Positions 23,001 to 34,574 of a stretch of DNA of 64,000 nt are shown here, piece by piece. The stretch comes from Malacoraja senta (taxonomy: Eukaryota), in contig CM075988.1 in the NCBI GenBank assembly GCA_038087875.1, positions 16,122,001 through 16,186,000 on the forward strand, in the 5' to 3' direction. Position 1 is the stretch's first letter. Each line of letters starts with the position of its first letter. Below the pieces are notes generated by a model. That model was not told where the DNA came from. It saw only the letters and a list, made by a program, of their open reading frames with translations, and made no database searches. Both the position numbers and the translations under genes were made by a program.

Positions 23001-26000
23001 GTGTGACTTCCTCTATACTGGACAAATTAAATGCGGATTGGGGTGCCCGCTTTGTGGAACCCCAGCGTTCAGTCAGCAGTGGTGACCCAGAGCTTCCAGA
23101 TGCCTGTCACTTGACCTCCTTTCCACTCTCACTCGGACGTGTACATGGTCTACAGCACTGTTGTAATGAAGCCTCATCTTCCACCAAGATGTGTGGCAAC
23201 TTTCCAGATTCAATATAGATTTCAACAACATCAGCTGACTCCACCTGTTTGTTTCTAGCGAACTGGCCAATTCATCTGTTGATTATTCTGCGGTATTCAA
23301 TTCTGTTTTTCTCTCTCAATTAAACCTGCTGGGCATTTCCTTCAGTCTGACTGCATTTCACATTTGCAAGTCCCTGTGTTCCCTGTCCACTTGCCTTTAT
23401 TAATCTATCAACTAGGTATCTTCATCAGCAGTGTTTCTATTGGGCAACCCTGTCCTCACCCCACCAGAGATATTCCCTTTGTTGTTAAGGGGCTGTCCCA
23501 CTGCGGCAACCTAATCTACGAGTTTAGAAGAGTTTGCCCTCGACTCAAACTCGCAGCATGGTCGACACGTGGTCCTAGGAGGTCCTATGAGATCACTGGA
23601 TTGCTCGAGGGAAGTTCCCACATACTCGCGGCCTCAGTTTGGTCAAGGAAAGTTTTTCAGCATGTTGAAAAAATCTCCGCGAGTAAAAATTGGTCAGCAT
23701 GGTTCTTTTGAATTCGTAGTGCAGTGGAGTGGGGTCGCTATGTAGTTACAGGCAGTCGAGGGCAGCCGTAGGCAATCTCCTTTGCTGACCGGGCATTTTA
23801 ATTGGCTCATTGGAGTTTTCAGGACCAAGGAAAACCGACGGGTGATTTAAATGCCCCCCCCCTTCTCTCCCCTTCTGCTTTTGTGTGTATGTGCGTGTGT
23901 GCGTGTGTGCGTGTGTGCGTGCGTGCGTGACTCTCTCTCTCTCTCTCTCAATCCAGCCCGAGGTTTTCCAGGCGAGTGCCCTCGAGCTTGAAGGTCAAAG
24001 ACAGTCGCTGAAAGGTTGCGTCAGTGGGACAGGCCCTTTACAATCCCTCTCCATCCTCTCTGCAACCTCAATAACTTATTTATTTCTCTTTCACAATTCT
24101 GCCAGACTTCAGCCTGAAACGTTAACCCTGTTACTCTTTCCACAGATGCTGACCGAGCTGCTAAGTGTTTCCAGCATTTTCTGTTTTCTCTGATTGCCAG
24201 CATTAGTAATGTTGGTTTGACTTTTCAGAAGAGAATTAGTGGTAGCTGCACACTTTTGCCTTTGCCTAGGGAATGTTATCATGTTATATTTAATGGAAAT
24301 GATACCACTTCTAGTTTAGTTTAGAGATGCAGCATGGAAACGGGCCCTTCGGCCCACTGAATCCATGCTGACCAGCAATCATCCGTACACTCGTTCTATG
24401 TTATCTCAGTTTTGTATCCTACATATTAGGTGCAATTTACAGAAGTCAATTAACCTACAAACCTGCACATCTTTGTAACGTGGCAGGAAACCGGTGCAAA
24501 CTGAGAAAACCCACGTGGTCACAATGACAACTTGCAAACTCCACACAGACAGCACCCACGGTCAGGATCAAACCCAGTCTCTGGCGCTGTGAGGCTGCAA
24601 CTCTACCGCGTAAAGGACTTCCTTCTGTCAGTGTCGTTTGTGAGTCAATCAGTTGGGTTTTGATGATAGCGCAATGGTTTTAAATTTAAAAAAGAGGTAA
24701 AAGCTGGAAATGCTCAGCAGGTCCGGCAGCATTTGTTGAGAGAAAACCAGCAACAACACTACCCTTCATCAGAAAGTTAAATTACCTATTTTATACTATT
24801 TTTCACATTTCTTTGAAGTTAAATATAAATGTTTCACTTACCCTGGTGGGATTTGAATCCATGCTTTATGGTGTTATGGGAAATGCCAAAAGCAATGGGT
24901 TATTTCTCATTTGTGTTAATAATATCATGATTGTATTCCTCATTTTGCTAAAGACATCTTCAAATCTTTGACTCTGGCAGCTTTCCCGAATCAATATGTG
25001 GCTTCTTCTCTTGCTTGCCTTTCCAGAGAACAAAGATAAATGTTTGGCCGCCAAGAAATTTTGAAGATCTGTTTGAAGATTTGGTGGAGGTTCTGGAGAC
25101 GGATCTGAAGCAAGGTGGGCCATGCCCCCTTCAGGGGCAGATTGGAGTGGATTGTCCACCGAGGTGTTACATGGGCTGTCCCGTCTGCCTCAGAGACTTG
25201 CACTCCAGAAACCAACGCCCCCCTGCTCTCCAAACTGAAGACGCTCACCCAGACCTGGTATCTCCATCTCACAAACCCTATTCAGGTTCAGAATGTGAGT
25301 TTTGGCACGGTTCACCTGGCGGGTTGGTAGCCTTTGGAGGTGAATGCTGTGTCAACATGGCTGATGAAGTGAGACCCTTCAGTCATCATCACTGCTATTC
25401 CCAGAACACCAAGCATCAATCTCATCCTCATTCTCCGTCGTCGGAGGCTAAAGAATTTGGTCAGGCTGCATTGAGTATTGTCCACAGCTGCAAACGGACT
25501 CGGGGTGAACCTAACGGCAACACTGGAAGCTCGGTGTTGTCCTTCTTCCAGTTTCAACTGCAGCAACTCGAGGGTAGCCTCGCCGCCCTGTCGGCTGAAG
25601 ACATTCTGTCCGTCGACAAGAACGGCAACACGTGAGTTGAGCATCCATGGAAGCTTACAGCATAGAAACAGGCCCTTCTGCCCAACTTGCCCACACTGGC
25701 CAACATGTCCCATCTACACCTACCATCTACACTAGTCCCACCTACCTGCATTTGGCCCATATTCCCTAAACCTGACCTATTCATGTACCTGTCTAAATGC
25801 TTCTTAAACCTTACGATAGTACCCGCCTCAACTACCTCCTCCAGCAGCTGGTTCCATACACCTACCACCCTTTGCGTGAAAAAGTTACCCCTCGGCTTCC
25901 TATTAAATCTACCCCCTAAACCTATGTCCTCTGGTTCTCGCTTCCCCTACTCTGGGCAAGAGACTCACGATCTATTCCCCTCATGATTTTATACACCTCA

Positions 26001-29000
26001 AAAAGACCACTCCATCATCAACTTGCTCCGGTGTTATTGCAGAGGACAGACCCTAATGGCAAAAAGAGAATGAATGACTAAATCCTTCAGTTCAGAAGCC
26101 CATTTGACCCATTCAAAGTACAAATCAATAAAAGTGCAGCAAAAAATAGTTTTAGTTAATTTATTGTCACGTGTACAGTGAAAAGTTGTTGTTACATGCC
26201 AACCAATAGAGTTCTAACAAAGAGAGATGGCTCGAACAAAATTGTTGTTTTGCCTAGTGCAAAGATTATTTTAATGGATATTATTGATAATGAATATTAC
26301 ATTTGAATGCCAGAATCATTTGTGAATATTAATTTATCCATGCCATGTAGATTAATATAGTTTTGTCTAATGTGAATTTTAGAATACATACTTTTTGACA
26401 TTGCATTGTACATTTAGCACAGATAGGCCAAAAGGGCAATTTTTGTATTTAGACTAAGGTCATCTCCCTTGTTCTGTTGTCATGTGACATAGAACAGTAC
26501 AGCACAAGCACAGGCTCTTTGGCCCGCAATGTCTATGCCGACATGATGCCAAACCCAACTCTTATCTGCCTGCACATAATCCATATCCCTCCGTTCCCTG
26601 CATATCCATATGTCTATCCAAAAGTATTTTAGCTGCCACTATCAGGCCTCTCAGCCACCAACCCCAGCACATGTTCCAGCACTTGCCAACCTCTATGTAA
26701 AAATAAAATGCCTTGCACATCTTGTTTAATCTTTGACTCTCTCACCTTAAAACCATGCCCTCTTGTACTATATCTTTCCATCTTGGGGAAAAGGTTCCGA
26801 CTGTCTACCCTATCGATGCCTCTCATAATCTTATATACATCTATCAGGTCTCCATGAAACCTCCAGTCTTCCTGAGAAACACCGGAGGTCCTACAATGAA
26901 ATGTGGTTAGCTGATTTTCATTGGATAAGTGCCTTGTTCATTTGCCATGTTAAGTTTTTCCACGGAAGGCACTAGTGGGGAACCTTTGCTTGCCATCAGC
27001 ATTCATGGAAACTGAGGGGCAAAGTACTTCAGAGAAATCACCCCAGCTTTCTATGCCTGCTATCCCATGAAAATCCAAAGACAAACCACAGACGGCACAG
27101 TGGTACAGCTGGTAGAGCCACTGCCCCACTGCGCCAGAGACAAAGGTTCAATCCTGACCACGGGTGATGTCTGTGTGGAGTTTGCATGTTCCCCCCTGTG
27201 ATTGCGTGAGTTTCCTCCGTGTGCTTCAGTTTCCTCCTGCAGCCCAAAGACATGCAGATTTTTGAGTTCATTGGCCTCTGTAAATTACCCCCAAGTGCGT
27301 AGGGAGTTGATGAGAAAGTGGGATAACATAGAACTAGTGTGAAAGGATCAATGTGTAGGAAGGAACTTGGAACTGCAAATGCTAGTTTACACCAAAGATA
27401 GACACGAAATGCTGGAGTAACTCAGCGGGACAGGCAGCATCTCTGGATAGAAGGAATGGGTGATGTTTCAGCCAAGACCATGCTTAATAGTCAGGTGGGC
27501 TGAAGGGCCTGTTTTCACGCTGTATCTCTGAACTAAACTATACTAAGGATTTTGTTTGGGAACACGTACAGTTTCTTCCTGATTAAATGACCAGTGTGGG
27601 AAAATACAGTGTTGCATTGTGAGAGTTCCAAGTAATAGGTATAGTTCAGAACACTGTAAATAAGCACACATTGGATGTATTACATTTCTTCCAGGAAGGC
27701 CAACCCATTGTATGTTTTTATCTTTGAACACTGGAGATAAATTGAATACAATGCTTCAGCTAACATTTAATATAGTCTCAGTGATAAGAATGAAGTACGG
27801 CTGTAGTTTGTTTCACAAGATGAATTTAGCACTGCATTTCAAAAATACATTTTGTTTGCAAAACAGGTCATTTTTCTACAGTTTAGTTATCATTGGAATT
27901 TATGTACAAATTGCAGATAAAACTAATTTGGTTAGATTATTGAATGCTTACTTCTATGCTTTGCAGCCTTGCTAACAGACTGTCCGTTATTTATTCTGAT
28001 AGATTGCTTCATTGTGCTGTCATTCAGGGAAAGAGAGCACACACTTACAGCTTAGCCTGTAGGATGTCCGACATGAATAGAATTGACACAAAGGATTCCA
28101 GTGGTCAAGTGAGTAAAAACGTTTTTGGAAATTTCTGTCACATTGTAGTTTACCTTCCCAGAATTATCTTCTGGGCTCCCTATTTATGGATGTCTTTGTG
28201 GTAAATTAAATAAATACATAGAAAAAATAACTAATCCGTGAAGTCTTAACTACATCGTGAATTTTAGAGTATGCTTTATTCCCAAAGTAGACGCCACAAA
28301 TTAACTGTAGTAGTTCTTGCAAACTGAAACTTATTGCAATCTAATACTCGGCTTCAATCTGCACTGACAATGTTTAGAAAGAGCTGCACATTGTTATATG
28401 CCCCCAATTTTTAAAGTTTTATGAAAAATAGAATGAGACCATGTATCTTGAGAGTCGTGACGGGAAGCTAGTTTCCACACATCACATTATCAATTTCACC
28501 TTGTCAAAATAAAAGAGAGCTGCTGGAGGAACTCAGCGGGTCAGGCGGCAACTGTGGAGGCAAATTTCCAAGGTATGCAAAGAGTCACCACACAAAGGGT
28601 GGAGACTACGTTACAAAGTATCCTGTGCCAGGTCCTCCTTTGTTGTCCCCTTCTCCCCTCCAACCCCACCTTCCTCGTCCCCCCACGCCGTGCCCTCCTT
28701 TGTCGTCCCTCCCACCCTCTCCCCACACCAGGTCTTCTTTTGTTCTTCCCTCCCCTTGTGGCGTATCCATGTAACCTTAAGTTGTTGACACCTGCAGGAA
28801 CTTTATGGTGAAAATATATCAATTGTTGTAAAGCTCTGCATGAGAGGGCACTGAAACTATATGTCTTTAATAGGGAGTAGTTGGAATGGAAACTCCTGAG
28901 AGGAGAGGGTGATTTAGAGTTCCTAATGTAGTAATTCTGCTCTTTTTGCCTGCACAGACTGCTTTACACTTGGCTGCTGAACGAAACCAGCACCTGATGG

Positions 29001-32000
29001 TCAACGATCTTATTTCACTCGGAGCTCAGATCAATGAAAGAGACTTTTTAGGGAGGACTCCTATCCACTTGTGTGCAGAGAATGGGTTTCTCCGAGTATT
29101 GCAGGTATGTCAAGAGGAAGTTGGTGCTTAAATGCTGGGCCTTGGGCAAACTTCACATCTATTGATTACTCGCTGTCCCTGATGTGTTAATCCAATAATT
29201 GATCATTGCAGGTAATAGAGAGGACCCTGAAAAATGGAACAGACGTTGACATTGATGCCAGGGACAACAATTGTAAGTTTTATTTTTTTAGTAGTGGGTA
29301 TATGGAATGAGCTGCAGGAGGAGGTAGTTGAGGCAGGTAGTATAACAATATTTAAAAGACATTTGGACAGGTGCATGGATAGGAAATGTTTAGAGATATG
29401 GGCCAAACGCAGGCAGCTGAGACTGGTGCAGATGGGGCATCTTGATCAGCACGGGCAAATTGGGCCGAAGGACCAGATTCCATGCTGTTTGACTCTATGG
29501 CCCTATCTTTAGTGGTAGTAATTTCTCGTGAGCCTGGATTAGATTTACTACTGTGTTGATTGCTATAAACATGTGTAGTACATCCATGAATGGGATAAAT
29601 GTGTGCGCAACCATTTCTCCCAGTATTCTGTTTCTCCACCCCCCCCCCCCCCTCCACCTAAGTCCCTCCCTCTGGTTTCACATCTCACTTCTCTCTCCTT
29701 ATCTTACACCCTTTGGTTCACTTTCCAGCTTTCTCCCCCTACTATAACCTAAAGCATTACTTATCCATGTTCTTCAGAGATGCTTTCTGACTTGCTGAGT
29801 TACTCCAGCACTTTGTTTTTTTTTTGTAAACCAGAATGTACAGTTCCATTTGTCTACATGTAAGTGTGACTATGTTTAGCAACTGTGTGTGACTAGCTGT
29901 TGCCTTTGGTCTACAGGCCTTACCCCATTGCACTATGTAGTGTTGGCTCACATTGCAACAGTAAAGGAGTTTGAGAACTTGGGGAAGGACAGCGACATGC
30001 TGAGGTTCCTGGAGCTGAGGAAGGAGCAGCTCCTAGATGGAATGAAAAGCCTGCTGAGGATGGGATCTTCTCTCTCCATGCAGGTATGACAGGTACCACA
30101 TTGTTCCATTTTAACCAAGAGTTGGCAGAACATTATTGCCCTGAATTCTATGGAAGTAAATTATCACTGAATTAACATTGGAAACATAGAAACATAGAAA
30201 ATAGGTGCAGGAGGAGGCCATTCGACCCTTCGAGCCAGCACCGCCATTCATTGTATTCATGGCTGATCGTCCCTTATCAATAACCCGTGCCTGCCAGAGC
30301 AAGAACTATATCAATTTATAATTGATATATAAATCTCTATAATGATTGCTTTTTAACAGCACATTTTGTATTTGCATCTCCCGTAATTTACACATTATGA
30401 ATAAATAGTAGCTTGCCAGCTGCAAAGCAGTACATATGAGTAGCACCTTGTATTTTGACAAGGTGTCTTAAGATGCTTCATAGGAATATACAGACCTAAG
30501 TTGACATGGTTAAGACTGAAAAACTAGGTTAAATAGGTAGCTTTTTAGGAGTTCTCCAAAGGATTGGGACCTGGTGAGAATTGTCCCACAGCCTAGTGGA
30601 CGACCCGGGATCCATAAGTGAAATGCTGGTACCCTATTGGAAATCCGGCCAGCACCCTTGGCACAGGAAGTGAGAGATAAAGGGGAAATAAATGAAGGAC
30701 TTCAAAATTAGTTGCAATTAAGAATTTAAAGAACGTCACTCATCTGAATGATATCTTCTGTTCATTTCCTCAAGGATATAAATGGACGTAGGGCCATTGA
30801 CTTTGCAGAGGAAGAGAATGACACTGAAGTTCTGAATTTCCTTTGTAATCATGTTGAGAAGATGAAAACCCTTTCCCACAAGGTACACTGCATTCAATAA
30901 AACCAAATGAAGTGTGCTTGATTAATTTTAATGCCATAATTTAGCTAACAGTTTGTGTTGTCTCAAGCTCAGTATTTTAATAATTATCATGATTACAGAA
31001 TGTTTTTACCAATAGTTGAGTAAGAGCTATTCAAATGGCTGTATGGTAACTCAAATTTCACTACACGCATGTGACAATAAATGTGAACTTGAACTTGAGT
31101 TACATATTCTTAAATGTAAGGTACATAGATTGGTAATATACAATCACCAAAAAATAGACCCTCAGGCTTTGAATCAGGTTATCTGACCCAGCCATCTAAT
31201 ACCACATCGCTTCACTTTCCACACAGCCCTGAGAGAGTAGAAGTAATAGCGACCTTGCAAAAAAGGGCTCATTTAGAGCCGTAATCAGAGAATCAGGCCT
31301 TGCAGAAAAGAGCTGTTCAGCCCACCATGGCCTTGATCATCATGTACCTTTCCATATTAATCCTACTCACCAGCACATGATCTTGTAGCTTTCTATACCT
31401 CGGTGAGAAGTCATTCATTTAACTGAATTGTGTAAGCAATATATCAGTCAAAACATGACCTGCATATTGCTGTTTGAAACAATGACAGAATGTACAGTAG
31501 ATCCCTCTTCAGTCAGAGTCAAGTTAACGAAGATGTTTTACAAAGTTGGTCTAAAGAAGGGTCCTGACCCAAAATATCACCTGTCCATGTTCTCCAGAGA
31601 TGTTGCCTGACCTGCTGAGTTACTCCAGCACGATAAGATTTTTGAACAAAAAGCTCCCATGTGCCCAATCTTTCACATGGAGCTATATTTCCTCTCGCTT
31701 TTATTAAATGAAAGGATTGATCTCCCAGATTTGGGTGAAGGTGTGCACAATCTTGTTACACTTAACTTTGTGCAAGACTAGTTGCAGGGAATCCAGGTGT
31801 TAACAACTCATTTGTACCAACATTTATATCAAACGCACCCAGCCCATTTGAAGCTGAATAGTTTGTCTCAACCTGCCAGGAATTGTGCAAGGGTTTGAAG
31901 AATGCTGCCAAGGCATTTTCAGAACAATGTGTTGGGTTGGAAGATTGCAACCTTCACGAGGTCCGCCCTGTTTCGACGATTGCAATCAACCTGGCGTGCA

Positions 32001-33981
32001 CAATCAAATAAGATCAAATAGAACAAGTTGTTCTACAACTTTAGGCTGTGCACGCCATACGCAAGAAGAAGAACAATGTGTTGAAGGACTGGCACTTACA
32101 ACCTCATACCTGGGAGAGTTTGTCCTGATAGTGGAATACTCATTTCATTCACTGAGGAGCCATTATTTTCTATGAAAGATGGAAGAGGACATTTGCGCAC
32201 ACAGAAGCAACAAGCAATATGGATGTGGGCTGAGATCATGGTCTTTCCATATTTCCTATATTGTGCAAGAACAAATAAACAACAAAGAAAACACGGTTTT
32301 GGGGGGAATTTTACAAATAATAAGAGACAACAAGGGAAAAGACATATTTTCATTTCCAGTCTTGTTTCTATGGTCTGTTTTAAATCCTAAAATTATTATT
32401 TTTATTCTAAAAATTGTACATAACAGCTTTCAGAAAATCTTAAATTATTTCTTTGACCCCTGAAATTATTTGTTAAACCAAGGTAGTTGCCCTGCTGCTT
32501 GTGGGCAGGCTAAAGGGGCTGTCCCACTGCGGCGATCTAATCTGCGAGTTTAGAAGACTTTGCCCTCGACTCAAACTCGCAGCATGGTCGACACGTGGTC
32601 CTAGGAGGTCCTATGAGGTCACTGGACCTCTCCTTCATGCTCGAGGGAAGTTCCCGCATACTCACGGCCTCAGTTTGGTCGAGGAAAAATGTTCAGCATG
32701 TTGAAAAATTTTCCACGAGTAAAAATTGGTCGGCATGGTTCTTTTGAACTCGTAGTGCAGTGGAGTGGGGTTGCTATGTAGTTACAGGCAGTCGAGGACA
32801 GCCGTAGGCATCTCCTTATCTAACCGGGCATTTAAATTGGTTCATTGGAGATTTCAGGACCAAGGAAAACCAACCGGTAATGTAAAAAGCCCGCTAAACT
32901 TTATTATAAGTTGTCTGGATTCTTAAACGTGTCTCCACTCTTTCTCCCCCCCCCTTCTCCCCCCCCTTCTCCCCCCCCCCTTCTTCCCCCCCCCTTCTCT
33001 CCCCCCCCCCTTCTCTCCCCCCCCCTTCTCTCCCCCCCCCCTTCTCTCCCCCCCCCCTTCTCTCCCCCCCCCCTTCTCTCCCCCCCCCCTTCTCTCCCCC
33101 CCCCCTTCTCTCCCCCCCCCCTTCTCTCCCCCCCCCCTTCTCTCCCCCCCCCCTTCTCTCCCCCCCCCCTTCTCCCCCCCCCCCTTCTCCCCCCCCTTCT
33201 CCCCCCCCCCCCTTCTCCCCCCCCTTCTCCCCCCCCCTTCTCCCCCCCCCCTTCTCTCCCCCCCTTCTCTCCCCCCCCCTTCTCCCCCCCCCTTCTCCCC
33301 CCCCTTCTTCCCCCCCCCTGCCCGCGCTCTCTAAAGGACTTACCGTACACTGTGCAGCCGTCTTTTACCTTTCTGTTCATCGCGGGTGTAAATTTCAGAC
33401 AGCGCTCCCCCGCTTTCCCTGGCCCCCGCCTTTGCGATGTATTTGTGTGTGTGTGTGCGCGGTCGGTCGATCCAGCTCGCGGTTTCATCGCTGACGGTCG
33501 ATCCAGCTCGAGGTTTTCCAGGCAAGTGCCCTCGAGCTTGAAGATCGAAGACAGTCACTGAAAGGTCGCGTCAGTGGGACAGGCCCTGTAACATTTGATA
33601 ACTGGTGAATTTCCAAAAGGACGTTGAACAAGCCACAAAAGTGCTGGAGTAACTCAGCAGGACAGGCCGTGTCTCTGGAGAATATGGATAGGTTACGTCT
33701 TAGGTCAGGACTCTTCTTCAGACATGCCACAGTTGTGTTATTGTGTTCTTAGCATATCTATTGGGATTGAATTTCTACCCAATCTGTGTCTATACAGTAG
33801 AATATAAAATATATAATACATAAATACAAATCAGTAAAATGACTTGTTCTTCTTTGTATCTCTAAAGGATCATGGCTTGTGTGCAACACTCAGTCCAATA
33901 AATCAGAAAGCAGAGTTATTCTCAATGGCCCCTGAGCTGCCTCCTTGCAAAAATTACAAGCAGCCCAGCAATGTGCCATGA
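7853..33981 (+). CDS. nfkbiz-like: Spliced gene for an IkB-zeta/IkBNS-family protein (OCA peptide + truncated ankyrin domain), 11 coding exons, 579 aa
   Basis: Exons 7853-8066, 20964-21088, 21826-21853, 21947-22011, 25027-25631, 28003-28108, 28958-29104, 29212-29272, 29917-30083, 30775-30882 and 33868-33981 join in frame (1740 nt) across GT-AG introns. Peptides match human IkB-zeta as recalled: [31 protein letters not shown] ~ [48 protein letters not shown] ~ NQHLIVQDLVNIGAQVN. Ortholog versus paralog is not resolved. Confidence 0.88.
8110..8632. mobile_element. Penelope-like element fragments in inverted arrangement
   Basis: Terminal repeat on - strand, then + strand [23 protein letters not shown], a PLE RT-thumb region. 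Confidence 0.7.
10286..11572 (-). mobile_element. Older L1-clade LINE, 3' part (5' part at 18397-18685), split by the L1 at 11580-18389
   Basis: ORFs 10675-10929 and 10926-11285; T-rich tail ~10286-10320; the LKLRNLSL-coding sequence rejoins across the insertion. Confidence 0.9.
13943..14026. repeat. 41-bp tandem duplication inside L1 element A ORF2
   Basis: AAATTTTTTATAAAATTCATTACTAAAACCGTCTGGTGTCT occurs twice, 43-bp period. Confidence 0.85.
17496..18100. mobile_element. CpG-rich PIF/Harbinger-type MITE inserted in L1 ORF1
   Basis: Imperfect ~40-bp TIRs (AAGGCCTGTCTCAC..TGCGGTCATTGGCGG / CCGCCGATGACCGCA..GTAAGACAGAGCCT); TAA TSD at 17493-17495 and 18101-18103. Confidence 0.82.
18397..18685 (-). 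mobile_element. 5' remnant of the older L1 split by element A
   Basis: [37 protein letters not shown] in ORF 18529-18831. Confidence 0.88.
19100..19217. repeat. AT-rich low-complexity tract
   Basis: Degenerate (TATAA/ATATT)n. Confidence 0.8.
20964..21088 (+). CDS. Coding exon 2 with OCA peptide ([23 protein letters not shown])
   Basis: Acceptor ttttttccttag, donor CAG|GTACAA. Motif resembles OCA-B YQGVRVKEPVKELLRRKRG and IkB-zeta FQGVRVKNSVKELLLHIR. Confidence 0.9.
21826..21853 (+). CDS. Coding exon 3 (28-nt micro-exon, ADVACKLNN)
   Basis: Acceptor tttctttccctacag, donor ATG|GTAAGC; phase 0 in, phase 1 out, which bridges exons 2 and 4. Confidence 0.75.
21947..22011 (+). CDS. Coding exon 4 ([22 protein letters not shown]; basic, possible part of an NLS)
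   Basis: Acceptor tttatttcag, donor CAG|GTAAGG; phase 1 in, phase 0 out. Confidence 0.78.
22200..23230 (+). mobile_element. Decayed Penelope-like element (RT and GIY-YIG remnants)
   Basis: YLEQSLFQS...LFFRYIDH (a YIDD variant), then a remnant of the GIY-YIG region ending ARFVEP. Confidence 0.7.
23488..24037 (+). mobile_element. PIF/Harbinger-type MITE, copy 1
   Basis: TIRs AGGGGCTGTCCCACTG / CAGTGGGACAGGCCCT; TTA TSD at 23485-23487 and 24038-24040. Confidence 0.9.
25027..25631 (+). CDS. Coding exon 5 (large linker exon ending in the pre-ankyrin helix ...[31 protein letters not shown])
   Basis: Lies within ORF 25015-25635; acceptor cttgcctttccag, donor AC|GTGAGT; the last ~30 aa are IkB-zeta-like. 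Confidence 0.9.
28003..28108 (+). CDS. Coding exon 6, ankyrin repeat 1 ([35 protein letters not shown])
   Basis: Acceptor ttattctgatag, donor CAA|GTGAGT; resembles IkB-zeta FLHIAVAQGRRALSYVLARKMNALHMLDIKEHNGQ. Confidence 0.93.
28958..29104 (+). CDS. Coding exon 7, ankyrin repeats 2-3 ([49 protein letters not shown])
   Basis: TALH and TPIH ankyrin motifs; acceptor tgcctgcacag, donor CAG|GTATGT. Confidence 0.95.
29212..29272 (+). CDS. Coding exon 8 ([20 protein letters not shown])
   Basis: Acceptor cattgcag, donor T|GTAAGT; phase 0 in, phase 1 out; corresponds to IkB-zeta ...VDLEATNYD. Confidence 0.88.
29917..30083 (+). CDS. Coding exon 9, ankyrin repeat 4 with the nuclear-IkB insertion ([18 protein letters not shown]...[18 protein letters not shown])
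   Basis: Resembles IkB-zeta GLTPLHCAVIAHNAVVHEL...SLVDTIKCLIQMGAAVEAK; acceptor ggtctacag, donor CAG|GTATGA. Confidence 0.93.
30775..30882 (+). CDS. Coding exon 10, degenerate ankyrin repeat 5 ([36 protein letters not shown])
   Basis: Acceptor catttcctcaag, donor AAG|GTACAC; resembles IkB-zeta [25 protein letters not shown]. Confidence 0.85.
32514..33587 (+). mobile_element. PIF/Harbinger-type MITE, copy 2, with internal expanded pyrimidine tract
   Basis: Same TIRs and internal sequence as copy 1; TAA on the left, GTAA on the right. Confidence 0.9.
32939..33318. repeat. Pure C/T minisatellite, approximately (C7-10TTCT[CT])n
   Basis: ~380 bp with only C and T on the + strand; G-run array on the - strand. 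Confidence 0.95.
33868..33981 (+). CDS. Coding exon 11, non-ankyrin C-terminal tail and stop ([10 protein letters not shown]...KQPSNVP*)
   Basis: Acceptor ttctttgtatctctaaag, open in phase 0, TGA at 33979-33981, strong donor G|GTGAGT at 33983. Confidence 0.7.
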   Translation, partial: DHGLCATLSPINQKAELFSMAPELPPCKNYKQPSNVP

Positions 33982-34440
33982 GGTGAGTGAGACCCTGTAC
34001 AAACACCATTTTCTTTATAAACAACAGAAACTCCTTTTAAATTGTTGCAGCTGATTTTAAAGTCTGAAACATTCATTCTTGTGCTGCTCACAAAGTGGTG
34101 AAAGAAATTAAATATGGTTATTTTTCCTTATAGGAACTCGTGAAGATTTGAGAGATGCTCAAGGAGTCGATAAGTAAACGTCACTGTGAATCTGAGCTGC
34201 GGCTGACACCAAAGCCTAGGCCTTTTTGGGATGGACACATGGAGGGGTGAAGACCTAATGGTTAAGTTATAGGATCAGCAGACTGAATTCTGGCCATTTT
34301 ATCCAGTAGATGTGAATCCCACCTTGGCAACTGCAAATTCAAGTAATTTGGAACTTGCAAAAGAAAACTATTCTCAGATATTGTAATCATGAAACGTTTA
34401 AATGATTGCAAAAGCTTCTCCGTATAACTATTGATAGAGA

Positions 34441-34574
34441 CAAAATGCTGGAGTAACTCGGCGGGACAGGCAGCATCTCTGGATAGAAGGAATGGGTGAA
34501 GTTTTGGGTCGAGACCCTTCTTCAGACTGAATGCAAAGATGCTGCCTGTCCCGCGGAGTTATTCCAGCATTTTG
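34441..34574. repeat. Inverted pair of Penelope terminal repeats (38-bp arms)
   Basis: 34441-34478 versus the reverse complement of 34537-34574 match at 36/38. Confidence 0.88.

Noticed and set aside
32904..33561. 216-aa Pro-rich (extensin-like) ORF and the antisense Gly-rich ORF
   Set aside because: Both are translations of a C/T minisatellite inside a MITE within an intron.
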